DNA of 64,000 nucleotides from Eledone cirrhosa (Eukaryota): NCBI GenBank assembly GCA_964016885.1, contig CAXHJY010000413.1, positions 60,405 to 124,404 of the forward strand, read 5' to 3'. Shown piece by piece: positions 37,535 to 50,223 of this stretch (position 1 is its first letter; each line of letters starts with the position of its first letter). The notes under the pieces were generated by a model. It saw only the letters and a program-made list of their open reading frames with translations, ran no database searches and was not told where the DNA came from. The position numbers and the translations under genes were made by a program.

Positions 37535-40500
37535 AACCGGAGAAGGAGGAGAGACGTCTACTGGGTTTGGTCCAAGCCGGTTCCACGTCTCGCAGGCGGT
37601 CTCACGTTCCTCGATTACAGTGGGTTCCATCGTGTTTAGGAGAACCCCGTTGATGAGTACGCGGTATGAGGTTACCGACGAAAGAAACGTTGGCAAAGCC
37701 AGCGAGACCGGGGACCGGAGGCCAAGGTCACCATATCTAACAAGTAAGGGGTGCCTGTTGCATATCTCCTCGGCTGCCGCTCGGATATAAGTGTCGAGGT
37801 CAGCAAGGAGAGATGCATTAATTTCAATATTGAGTGGAGAATTCAATGCTACGAGACATATATTATAGAGAAACTGTAGCGCCCCCTTTTCTCACGTCTA
37901 TTAAATGTTCAGTTGTCTCCCCTTCACTTTTCATTTATTATTACAATTAATACACAACAACTATTAGTCTACCTCTTTACCATTTCCGTTGTTCGTTATT
38001 CCAACACATGATTTCCTCTCTTTTTTAACACTCACCATTTGTTTGTTGAATAAAATATGATTTTATCAGATTATAACTAAATACACAATGAATAGATTAT
38101 TCAATGAAGGAAACATTTCAATTAGCTGATAGATTTGGTTACATATAGCTATGTGGTAGTGACTTCTGGCGTCTTTGGCCCTAGGACCACTTCCCTACTC
38201 ACCACCAGCGACACGGAGTTCACCACCAATAGGTGTGAGCCTTGCTAGCTGGAATGGTCTTCCAACGTGTCTCCCTTCACCATTCTTCGGGGAAACGCCT
38301 TCTCTATTCTGTCCACTGGGGCCGCGGAGAGATCAGCGCGTGGGGAGAGCGAGAGAGGCAAAGGCAGTGAGTTAGAGATACACCTCGGTTATTCAACTGA
38401 TCTTTTGATTGATTTCAATATATTATATGACATAAAAGGGTTTATATTTTAATATATATTTCTTCTGGAGTTGGTTAAACTTTATCCCCCCCCCCGTTCT
38501 CTTTCGCCTGTTCGGTGGACATTATAACTCCGCCGATAGATGAGCGGTGTTTAAAATGATAGCGCAAGGTCTTCAAAATGTTTTTAATTAAACATACGGT
38601 ATATTACCAAATATACTATACATACATTCATGTATACATCGCTATTTCAGAGCACCAGTCCTAATTTTTACTTTTTGCTGGACCGGCAATCGCTCTGTAT
38701 AATCAGTTCCTGATTATTACTGGAATTCTATAAGAATCCAGCCTCTATAATTTTCGGCAGAGGTCGGGGAGTACGTTGCTCTGAGGAACACCAACAGTGT
38801 GAAACAGAATCTGTCAGCTTCTCTCCCTTCCTTTGCCGAAAAGAGAAGTACGTGACATAGTCACTACTTTAAACTGATAGCGCAAGGTCTTCAAAATGTT
38901 TTTAATTAAACATACATTATGTATACATCGCTATTTCAGAGCACCAATCATAATATATATATATACCGTATTTGACAGCTTATAAGAAGCAATTTTCCCC
39001 CAAAATAGTCATGGGTCAGTTTGGTCATGGGTCAGTTTGTGTTACTGATTAGTGGAGTTCTAGTGCTGCAGTGGCACTTAAATTAAATCACAAACATCTC
39101 CACAAATGTAAACAAGATGGCGATCGCTTCTACACCAAAAATGGCAACTCTTTTCCAAAAAAAAAGCTACAATTTTAATTCATTGTGTGATGAATATAAT
39201 AACATATTTTCACTTTGTTTTAAAAACGTACTCAATATTGCAACAAAAATACAATTTAACGTTTAAAGTACATTTATTTTTTCACACTTTCTTATGTTTT
39301 AAAAATTTACTAAAATATTACAACTAATTTAAACCGATTTATTTATTTGAAGAAAAAAGAAAAAGAAAATGAAATATTTTATGAAGAGTTTTATATTCAT
39401 TAAATAAACAATAAAACTGTGATATGGTGATATATAAATATGATTTTTATTAAATAAATATAATGTTTCATTTGCAATATTTACATTTAGTAAGGTGATC
39501 GAATACACCAACTTCTCTTCTTTTAGTATCGTCGTACCTGCAATAAATTAATTGATAATATATTTAACAGACTTGTTATGTTTAAGGTGTGTTTTAAATA
39601 ATGAATACATATGACGTTGTAAAGGTGCATGGCTTTGTGGTTAGTTGTTAGGGTATTCGGCCCACAGTCGTAAAGTCTGGAGTTCGATTCCCGGCGACGT
39701 TTTGTGTTCTTGAGCAAGACACTTTATTACACGTTCTTCCAGTTCACTCAGCTGGCAAAATGTATTGTACCTGTAATTTGAACGGCCAGCCTTGTTACAT
39801 ACTGTGTTACACGCTGAATCTCCCTGAGAATTACGTTAAGGGTACGCGTGTCTGTGGAATGCTTAGCCACGTGTCTCGATAGTAAGTCAACACAAATACG
39901 ATCAGTCAAAATTCGAAATTTAATTATCTTCCGCATTACGAGCGGTGATGGTCAGGTTTGTTGTCATATTGATGAGATCGGTATCAGTGAACGTGTTGCA
40001 ACATATGGCGTCTCGAGTGGAAACAGGATATAGTTCACTGCACAGTGAAAAGAGAAGTTTTGGGAGTGCAAAACAGTCCTTCATGTTGTTGAACGTGAGT
40101 TTGATTTCCAAGTATACTAGAATGACTTTCGAGAGAATTGCAGAGCCAAGAATATGGACAACATTCCTTAGAGTAAGTCATCTATCAGCCACATCCTACC
40201 GAATCTTGTACACGATGTAGAATCTTGTTCACCGACATAGATATTGATAATATATACTTTGGAAGTTAAGGATGATATAGTGCAATATATATATATCTAT
40301 ATATCAGTGATTTGGGAAAAGTGTCAATGATATCCGATAAACATTTAACGGTGTCTATATATTTTTTTATTAATCGATTGTGTACAGATATACATTGCTT
40401 TCTTACATAGTCACAAGGCCAGTAATATTTTTTTCTTTTGGGGTGGGGGTGGGGGGTGGGGATGGGGGGGGGGGGGGGGGTGATTAAATCGACCCCAGTG

Positions 40501-41121
40501 ATTGACGGGTACTTTTATCGACCCTATAAGGATGAAAGGCAAAGTTAACCTCGGCAGGATTTGACCTCAGATCATGAAGGGCCGTAACATTATACTGAAA
40601 AGCATGGCGTCCGACCCTCTACCGATACTGCCAATTAGACAAGAGAATATTAATGTGGTGTGGTAAATATATACATATACACAAGGTCTGAACACAATGA
40701 GATAAAACTCCAACTGTCACTACCTACGGTGGACAGAATAGAGAAGGCGTTTCCCCTGAAGATGGAGAGGGAGACGTGCTGGAAGAGCCATTCCAGCTAC
40801 GGGTAGCGAACTCTGTGCCGATGGTGGTGAGTAGAGAGGTCGTTCTCTGGCAAAGGACACCAGAAGTGTCCAATGCTAAGAGCTCGAACAAAAACCTGTC
40901 GGTGATCGACTGATACTTGGACAGTTTACCGTCCTCGGCCCGAAGTTCAGCCGAGCCTGGGTTAGTTCGGTTAAATGAATATCATAGATCGTTCACATTT
41001 CAGGGCCTATGTTAAACATGAACCATTTTTAAGTAATTTTCTTTTAAATAGGAATAAAGATTACATAAGAGTAATTATAGAATGGATAATGAAATTTATT
41101 ACGTTTGAGATACTAAGAAAA

Positions 41122-44100
41122 CTAATAAAACAAATTACTGACCTGATCAGGACAGTCATAGTTGGTACAGTTGATTTTCCCGTCTGTACACCGGCATATA
41201 TTGCATTTATCTTCAGACATAAATATTTGGTTGGCTTCGAAAACTTTTCCTTTAAGTTCACATTTCGATTTAGGACAGTACATTTTAGTACATGCTACTT
41301 GACCAAACTGTCCACATGTACATGTATTGCAGTCTTTTTTAAACGATTCTCCGACAGAATAGGTCTGTCCGTTGAATACGCATGGTTTGGGGCATTTTTT
41401 CTGTTCACATTGGACTCTTCCATCCTCATGGCACTGACATTTATTGCAATCATTGTAGAATATAGAACCGACATCATAACGTTTACCATTGTATGTACAA
41501 GAACATTGCATTTTAGTACAGCTAACTATACCATTTTGTTGACAGGTACAAGTGATACAGCCCTGATCAAATGTAGCAACAATGGGGTAAGGTCTTCCAT
41601 TTTCAAGACATATACATGGCTTGTTAGAGCACTGCACTGTACCACTAGATAAACATTCACATTGATTACAATCATCGTAAAATCTTTGACTAGTTTGATA
41701 AACCTGTCCTTTATGTGTACATTGACACTGCTTATTTGTACATTGGACTTGTCCATTTTGTTGACAGGTACAAGTGTTACAGTCCTGATTAAATGAAGCC
41801 CCGATATTATAGATCTGGTTGTTGTATGTACATTTACAGACGTTACTGGTACATTGAACATCTCCATTTGACTGACAAACACATTGGTTACATTCTTCAT
41901 TAAATCTTTGACTAATTTGATAAACCTGTCCTTTATATGTACATTGACAACGGTTATTTGAACATTGGACTTGTCCATTTTGTTGACAAGTGCAGGTGTT
42001 ACAGTCATCACTGAATTGTTGTCCGAAATTATAAACTCTATTTTTGTAGGTACAGGTACATGGGTTATTTGTACACTGTATACGACCATCTATTTGACAT
42101 GTGCATGTATTGCAGTCCTTGCTAAATGTAGCACCAATGGGGTAAGATCTTCCATTTTCAAAACATTTACAAACCTTGTTAGAACACTGCACAGTACCAC
42201 TAGATAAACATTCACATTGGTTACAATCATCGTTAAATCTTTGATTAATTTGATAAACCTGTCCTTTATATGTACACTGACAACGGTTATTTGAACATTG
42301 GACCTGTCCACTTTGTTGACAAGTGCAGGTGTTGCAGTCCTTGCTAAATGTAGCACCAATGGGGTAAGATCTTCCATTTTCAAAACATTTACAAGGTTTG
42401 TTAGAACATTGCACAGTACCACTAGATAAACATTCACATTGGTTACAATCATCGTTAAATCTTTGACGAATTTGATAAACCCGTCCTTTATATGTACATT
42501 GACACTGCTTATTTGTACATTGGACTTGTCCATTTTGTTGACAGGTACAGGTGTTGCAGTCCTGATTAAATGAAGCCCCGATATTATAGATCTGGTTGTT
42601 GTATGTACATTTACAGACGTTACTAGTACATTGAACAACTCCATTTGACTGACAAACACATTGGTTACATTCGTCATTAAATCTTTGATTAACTTGATAA
42701 ACTTGTCCTTCATATGTACACTGACAACGGTTATTGGAACATTGGACCTGTCCATTTTGTTGACAGGTACAGGTGTTGCAGTCCTTGCTAAATGTAGCAC
42801 CAATGGGGTAAGATCTTCCATTTTCAAAACATTTACAAGGTTTGTTAGAACATTGCACTGTACCACTAGATAAACATTCACATTGGTTACAATCATCGTT
42901 AAATCTTTGACGAATTTGATAAACCTGTCCTTTATATGTACATTGACATGGGTTATTTGAACATTGGACCTGTCCTTTTTGTTGACAGGTACAGGTGTTG
43001 CAGTCCTGATTAAATGAAGCCCCGATATTATAGATCTGGTTGTTGTATGTACATTTACAGGCGTTACTTGTACATTGAACATCTCCATTTGACTGACAAA
43101 CACATTGGTTACATTCTTCATTAAATCTTTGATTAATTTGATAAACCTGTCCTTTATATGTACATTGACACTGCTTATTTGTACATTGGACCTGTCCATT
43201 TTGTTGACAGATACAGGTGTTGCAGTCCTTGCTAAATGTAGCACCAATGGGGTAAGATCTTCCATTTTCAAAACATTTACAAACCTTGTTAGAACACTGC
43301 ACTGTACCACTAGATAAACATTCACATTGGTTACATTCTTCATTAAATCTTTGTCGAATTTGATAAACCTGTCCTTTATATGTACACTGACACGTATTCT
43401 TTGTACAATCTACTTGACCATTACCTCGACAATAGCAAGTATTGCAATCTTCTTCAATTTTCTCTCCTACATTAAATATCTTTCCTCTGTAGTAACATTT
43501 ACACATTTTCTGAGTACATTTAACTGTTCCATCACTTAAACATTCACATGTATTGCATTCATCAGAGAATGTTTGTCCGGTTTGATAGCGAATGTTCTTG
43601 TGATAACATTCACATCCTTGATTGCTACACTGCACTGTTCCGCTAATTTGACAAGTACAAGGCTTACATCCATCTTTGAAGGTCTGTCCATGGTTGTAGA
43701 CATTACCTTTATATTGACACTGGCACACATTATTTGTACATTCCATTTGACCACTGGCTTTACATACACATTTATTACATGATTGTTGAGATGTCTGTCC
43801 TACAGCGTAACGTTTACCTTGATACCAACATGTACGTCGCTGTCCATAGCCACAACTTTTGCTTGTACACAGTGCTTGGCCCGTTTCAGTACACACACAT
43901 GTATTGCAGTCGATTTTAAATGCTCCGTTATATTGTTTACCATTATGGGTACATTCGTCTGTAAAAAATCATATGATCAATAATTATATTTATATCTAAC
44001 ACTGTAATATCAATATGGTATATATTCTATTGTACATAAGATATTAAGCTATTGATTTTAATTTCCTGTATGTAGGGAGATACTTGCATTTAATAATACC

Positions 44101-45898
44101 ATGTATATCTATATTCTATTATACGTAAGAAATTAAGATATCCACAAAAGATGTGAATTTAGTGTGTCTAGCGGAATTTTAAAACTTAATGATACACACA
44201 CACATATACATATATATATACATACATACATTCATACATACATGACGGTGGCTGCCCTCTCGTTATCGAGTATGGTCATTGCACGATATAACATTATTAA
44301 CAATTATTAATTAATGCTACTGTGCAATGCCTGTGCGTGAAGATTCTTTTTAAAGTGAGGAAAGACTGAGCACTGAGCCCATCCGATTCTCTGAGCGACA
44401 GTAGCTATAACCCGAAAAGAAGCAAAGATCAACATCATCGGTAACTACCGAGCCTCATGTTTTATGTCGGAGTTAACCCAGTTTCCTGAGATGCCTTCTC
44501 CTAGAAGAATGCCCTGATAAAGGCTATGGGTCCTTCAATCCCAGTGGTTTAACCATGCGATCGGGTATCTAGCCCGATTATCTCCATGGTTGTCCGTGTA
44601 ACTCTTATGAGTTCTTCCGCCCTTTGTCAGGTTTTGTTTTTTGTCCAGCAGGGTGTCCAAAATCACCCTCTTCACCAAGTGAACTAGGTGGGGTTGTCGG
44701 TTTAGTCACCGACGACCTGACTATGTGACAGTCTGTACTGTGTTACATGTTACCAGTAGCACGCAAGAGTGACCTGTAATACATACATAAGTTCTCAGAT
44801 AGATATTTTTAATCAAAAAATGAATTTTGTTTTCATTGACCATAATACGGTCTTCCAACAGAAAAACTACTAACACAATAATGACATCAATGTAAAATCA
44901 TAGAAAACAAAACAGATAAACAAAAAATATACAAAATTTTACTTGAGAATATAATGACATATTTACAATACTTTTCTAAAGAAGAACAACACACATTTTT
45001 AAGCACATTAATTAAAGAAGGAAATCCAACGTTCAAGATCCTTTAATTTTCTGTGTCTTCGAAAATGGTGTGAAAAAAAGAAAAAATTACCTCCAAACTA
45101 GAGATTTTTCTTGAATCTTTGCAGCAGAGTGAACTACGTTAAAGGTAAAAAACAACCAAAGCGGTAGTGTTAAGCTGGATTACATATTAAGTCCACCACT
45201 GAAGACACTATAGAAGGCAATTAACCGTAAGAAATATCACATCTCATCAGATGTTGTAACAAATCTAACTATACACCACACTAGATTATGGAAGACACAT
45301 TTTACCACAATGAGGTGTGAAATTTGAGTGGAAAGAGTCACGACAAATACCACAAAGTATTGTGTCCGATGTTCTATCGACTCTGTCAATTCACCATCCT
45401 AAAGAACAATTAGATGTAACTGATCACATATATAGATCGATAACTTCTCTATCAATCGCGATAGAGCTTACAAGACCTTACACTTTGTTTTTCAACAACT
45501 GTGAACAATGTGAAGATGTAAGACGTACTGGTACCTTATACATCTGACCATATAAATAACATAAGATTTAAACATGAAACACTAGAGAGAAGTTTGTCCT
45601 GTTGATCATTGGCTTCTCGTCTCCTTGGTGTCACAATACGGAATATTTGATATTACCTATGTATCTAGGTACTGTAATGTGTCATGTGATATTTTAGTGG
45701 ACAGGTAAGTCCTAATAAACTTCAACTCTCAGAGTCACACTGGAGTTATGACACGTCTTGTGTACAATTGATAAATTCAACTAAACTAATTTAAAACATC
45801 AACAAATATACAATATAATACAATATGAATTACTTACAGTTGTTGTAGCTGTTTACGAATGAAAATGCTGCTAATACTAGTAGCAATTGGTACAACAT
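41122..45898 (-). CDS. Secreted cysteine-rich multi-domain protein, paralogue B: 25 modules, ~965 aa. Exon 1 is 45898-45838 and exon 2 is 43958-41122 (possible donor after 41143).
   Basis: Same splice signals and signal peptide (MLYQLLLVLAAFSFVNSYNN). The ORF is 148 aa (4 x 37) longer than paralogue A and is uninterrupted. Confidence 0.9.
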
Positions 45899-45972
45899 GG
45901 TGGTCAATTGGTTTATCTTATTTTCCTGTTGTAGACTGGTGATGGTTATCTTCTTCGAAACAAGGACAGGTT

Positions 45973-46003
45973 TGACAAATGTCTTAGAAGAACGCTTTAT
46001 ATA
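45973..46003 (-). promoter_or_regulatory. TATA box and putative initiator of paralogue B
   Basis: TATATAAAG at 46003-45995, in the same context as paralogue A. Confidence 0.65.
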
Positions 46004-46983
46004 ACCCATAATAAACGTGATCACCTGCATAAATTAATTAATTGAAGAAATAAATTTATTTAGTTTAATAGTTTTTCCTAATTTCATATTTTAAAATAGC
46101 AACTTTCCCAATATTAAACTAGTGAGAAATGGGTGGAGCACTTTTCTTGCAGTTATAACAATGATATGAGAAACGTTTCACAAATTGGTTCAATAATCAC
46201 AACTTTAATCACATGTTTGATAATGTGTAAAGAAACAAAGAATTTATTAGTAAAGTATTTCTTTAAACCATCTTTATTGATACTACATATACAAATTAAA
46301 ACAAACAGATCTTTATACAATTCATGAGAAGCAATTGTAAATGATTCCCGGGCATGAAATTTTCACGCCTACCGTTAAGACATTTTTATGGTTAAAAATA
46401 TTATTTTTGTCTGCCTCTATTGTTTTACTAAAACGACAAATTCATACCAACCTAAACTTAGCCTAATCTCGTTTCCTGATCCACAAATTTTGTGTAGGTT
46501 CTCTATTGTCTACACTATTTATAGCTAATATTCCAGTTATACTCTCTATACCAACGTTAGCGAATATGTTGACTTTATATAAAACGTGAGGACTGTTTAT
46601 TTTCAAATGAGGCGACACAAGTCCCAGAAATTTAGGTATATGTATAATTTCTGGGGTTTTTTTGTTTGTTAAGAGGAATAGGTGAAAGTGTTTACACTTC
46701 TTCGTTCACAGCGGAGGCTTTTACTTAAACATTGTAATTGTATCTAAGTAAAACTTTGCCTGAATCTTGAAATATATACTGCGTTCTAGCATAAATATTA
46801 ATTATTGTTATTATTAAGTCGAGAGTTTTCTCTGATTATAGAAGGATATCCTTGCTAAGTATCTCCGGTGAAGATCACGCTAAGTGTCTGGCCGAAAGAT
46901 GTAGGGATATTTTTTTGGTAGCAACAAACCTATATGTTTATTGTTTATAAATATATAATTTTTGCGACAGAACTGTTCTGCTA

Positions 46984-49428
46984 GAGAATGGGTCGCAGGT
47001 GGCAGATAGCGAGATGGCCACCAGATATGATGGCTAGTTGCGGTAAACTACTGAAATGGAGCAATGGGTGTCAACTTTAGCTCCCATGAAAACGCTTACA
47101 ACCCAGTGATTTAGCTATGACAAGGCGTGTTCAAGCCTTAGGTAGAAAAATATATTGCAGTCTCCATCTCATGCTGTAAAAGCTGGCGATGGTCCTGCGA
47201 CCCGCCCTGTTTAGCGTGAGATAGACACACAAAGATTGCGTATCCCTAGAACCCCAAAGGTGTCCGTATGAGAGGAAACCGTAAATATTGGAACCGGGAA
47301 CATCACAACCCTTACAGGTAAGGAGTTCCTACTCTTTACCTGTGGAGGAGGTCAGATGCCACCGGCTAGATATAGTTGGGGCTTTCTCAACTAAGTTCCG
47401 TGGCTCTGGCACTGTAGAATTGGATAGAGGTTGGAAACTCCACTATTCAGTAGTGGGGCCAGAAATGACTGCACAGGCGAGCGTGGGGATACTCACAATC
47501 CCCCGGCTGTCAGAATGTGTTATGGACTGGATCCCATTGGGGGGGGGGGGATTGCCTCTTGAAGCTTAGGCTGAAAGATATTCCCTGTGGGTGGTGCAAG
47601 TTTGTGCACCAAACAGATAGACAAATACAGATCCTTCCTTGATGAAGTCACTGCAGCGTTAGATGTAGTTAAGACAATCATATAACTTAAAGGGAGACTC
47701 CAATGCACATGATGGCACTGATCACCTGACATGGAAAGGAGTGATTGGAAGGAACGGTGACCCCGACCTAATTACGAATGGAGAGACCTTACTAGACTAA
47801 TTGATTTCGTCATTGTCTCTGATATCTTCGGTTCTGTGCTGGATGTTCGTGTTAAGAGAGGGGCTGAGCTTTCAACTGATTAACATCTAGTCATCTGCAA
47901 CATGACTACCTAAAGCCAAGGAATCCCACAAAACTGGCAGATACAGGTAGACCTACAGGATAAAGTGAGAAGCGTTGGCGGATAAGGAAGTCAGGACCAG
48001 GTATGCGGATACTATTGAATCTAAATCCAGAGAATTCCTTTGATGAACTGATGACGTAGAAACAGAGTTTCTGCTCCAGCTGTTAAATGCTGCGGTCGAA
48101 AAAGGTTTGGTATGGCACCAGGTGGCATGAGGGCCCCTTGGTCAAAGATGCCATCTGAGCAAAGAAGGAGGCACACAAATCTAGGCTTGTAAATAAGTCC
48201 TCCTTCTTTCACTTGCGGCACAAGCAGGCACGAAAAGTCGCAGCAGAAACAGTAATGGCGTCCAAAGTTAAGCTATTGAAGGACTTTGGGGTTAAGCTTA
48301 AATCCAACTTTAGATCAGCAAATAAAGTGTTCTGGAAGACCATCCGCAAACTTCGTAATAAGAAGTCCTCCTCCACACCTGCTATCAGGAACACGTCTGG
48401 GGTTCTCCTCATTTCAGAGAGGTGCATCCTCGTGGGGTGGAGATAATACTTTATTGATCTCCTAAACCTAGTCACAACAGCATCTTCTGATGTACATGAG
48501 GTGTATCTGGTACCTATGAATAATCTCTCGGAGGTCAAGTCACAGGAGCAATTAAAGAGCTCAAATGTTGCAAATCGCTGGGCAGGATGAAATTCGGCCA
48601 GGGATGTTAAAAGCCTAATAGAAAGTATTACCTGACTGACTCTGGAAATGTATCTAAGCAATGGTAATCGGGGGTGATAATACCAATTTTCATAAAGGGA
48701 GAGAAGAGAGATTGTTCCAATTATAGAGGGATATCTTTGTTAAATATCCGGAAAAGTCTAGGACCTGTTGTGGAGGGTTCGGCAGGAGTATGGGACGGAT
48801 GGACAGCTTCTTGTTGCCCTGATGTCTCTATACGAATTCCCTAGTATTTGTGATCGGATAAATGGTGCTAAATTGAAACCATTCAATGTGGGAGTCGGAC
48901 CCCGCCAAGGGTGTATACAACCACCTCTCCTGTTTATAATCTTCATGAATTGGATGGACCAACGCAGCCGGGTTGGAAATGGTATCGTGACTGGTAGGGG
49001 TAGGATCAGTCGGATGGAATTTGCAGACGACATGGTATTACTTAGCTAATCAGAAGGTGATATCCGACATGCACTTTATACGTTTGATGCAGAGTGCTAA
49101 ACGGCTAGAATAAAAATCAATGCTACGAAAATCGTCCTCTCAAGGAAGCCTGCGCAATGCACTCTACATGTAAGTGGAGTTCCACTGAAATATGTGGAGG
49201 AGATCAAGTATAACTTGCGCCGTGGAAAGCAGGAGGCTGAATTAAGTGCAAGAATTGCAGGATCTGGTGCAGTAATACGCCAGCTTCAGCATTTAGTCAT
49301 CAGAAGAAGGGAGGTAGGTGTAAAAGCCAAACTCGCTATTTTCAGACCAGTATTCTTTCAACCCTTACCTATGGTCATGAACCATGGGTAATGACCGAAA
49401 GAATAAGATCGCGAATACAATCGCCGAA
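46984..49428 (+). mobile_element. RTE-clade LINE, duplicate in unit 2
   Basis: Near-identical to 20090-22533. Confidence 0.85.
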
Positions 49429-50223
49429 ATGTATGTATGTATGTATGTATGTATGTATGTATGTATGTATGTATGTATGTATGTATGTATGTATGTATGT
49501 ATGTATGTATGTATGTATGTATGTATGTATGTATTTATGTCTGTCAGGTCACCAGTTGGTGCTACTGGTAACATCTATGCCAGTACAACCTGTCTCATGG
49601 TCGGGTCGTTGGCGACTAAACTGGAAACCCCACCAAGGTTTCTTGGTGAGGAGGGTGACTTTCGACATCCTGCAGGACTAAAAACAAAACCCCTCAAAGG
49701 GCAAAGGAGCTGTTAAGAGTCAATGGCCATCCAAAATCACCGGGAGAGATGACCCCTTAACCTTTGTCAAGGCAGAATTCTAGGAGAAGGAAAACTCTGA
49801 TATAACACAGGCAACTCTGATGGTATCCAATGATGTTGACTTGTTATTCTTTTTGGTAAATATCATCTTGGTTAAGAGAGTGGGACTGGCTTTGTGCAGT
49901 GCCTTTGCTCACTATAAAAGCTTCACGGCACAGGCATTGCTTTATATCTGGAGATCTCTCTGCACTTGTCGTTACATGGTACCATGGTCCCAGCATTGTA
50001 TGTCAATAATTGTCACAAGTGTAGTGTTTGTACCAGAGTTTTCAAGTCGCTGGCTGGACTAAAAAGTCACACTCGTTCAGCGCATCGGTAGGGGTTCTCC
50101 TACATGGATATAAAGTAGTGGCCGTACTCGAAAACGAGTTGGCAGCCACCATGTATATATATATATATGTGTATGTATGTATGTATGTATGTATGTATGT
50201 ATGTATGTATGTATGTATGTATG

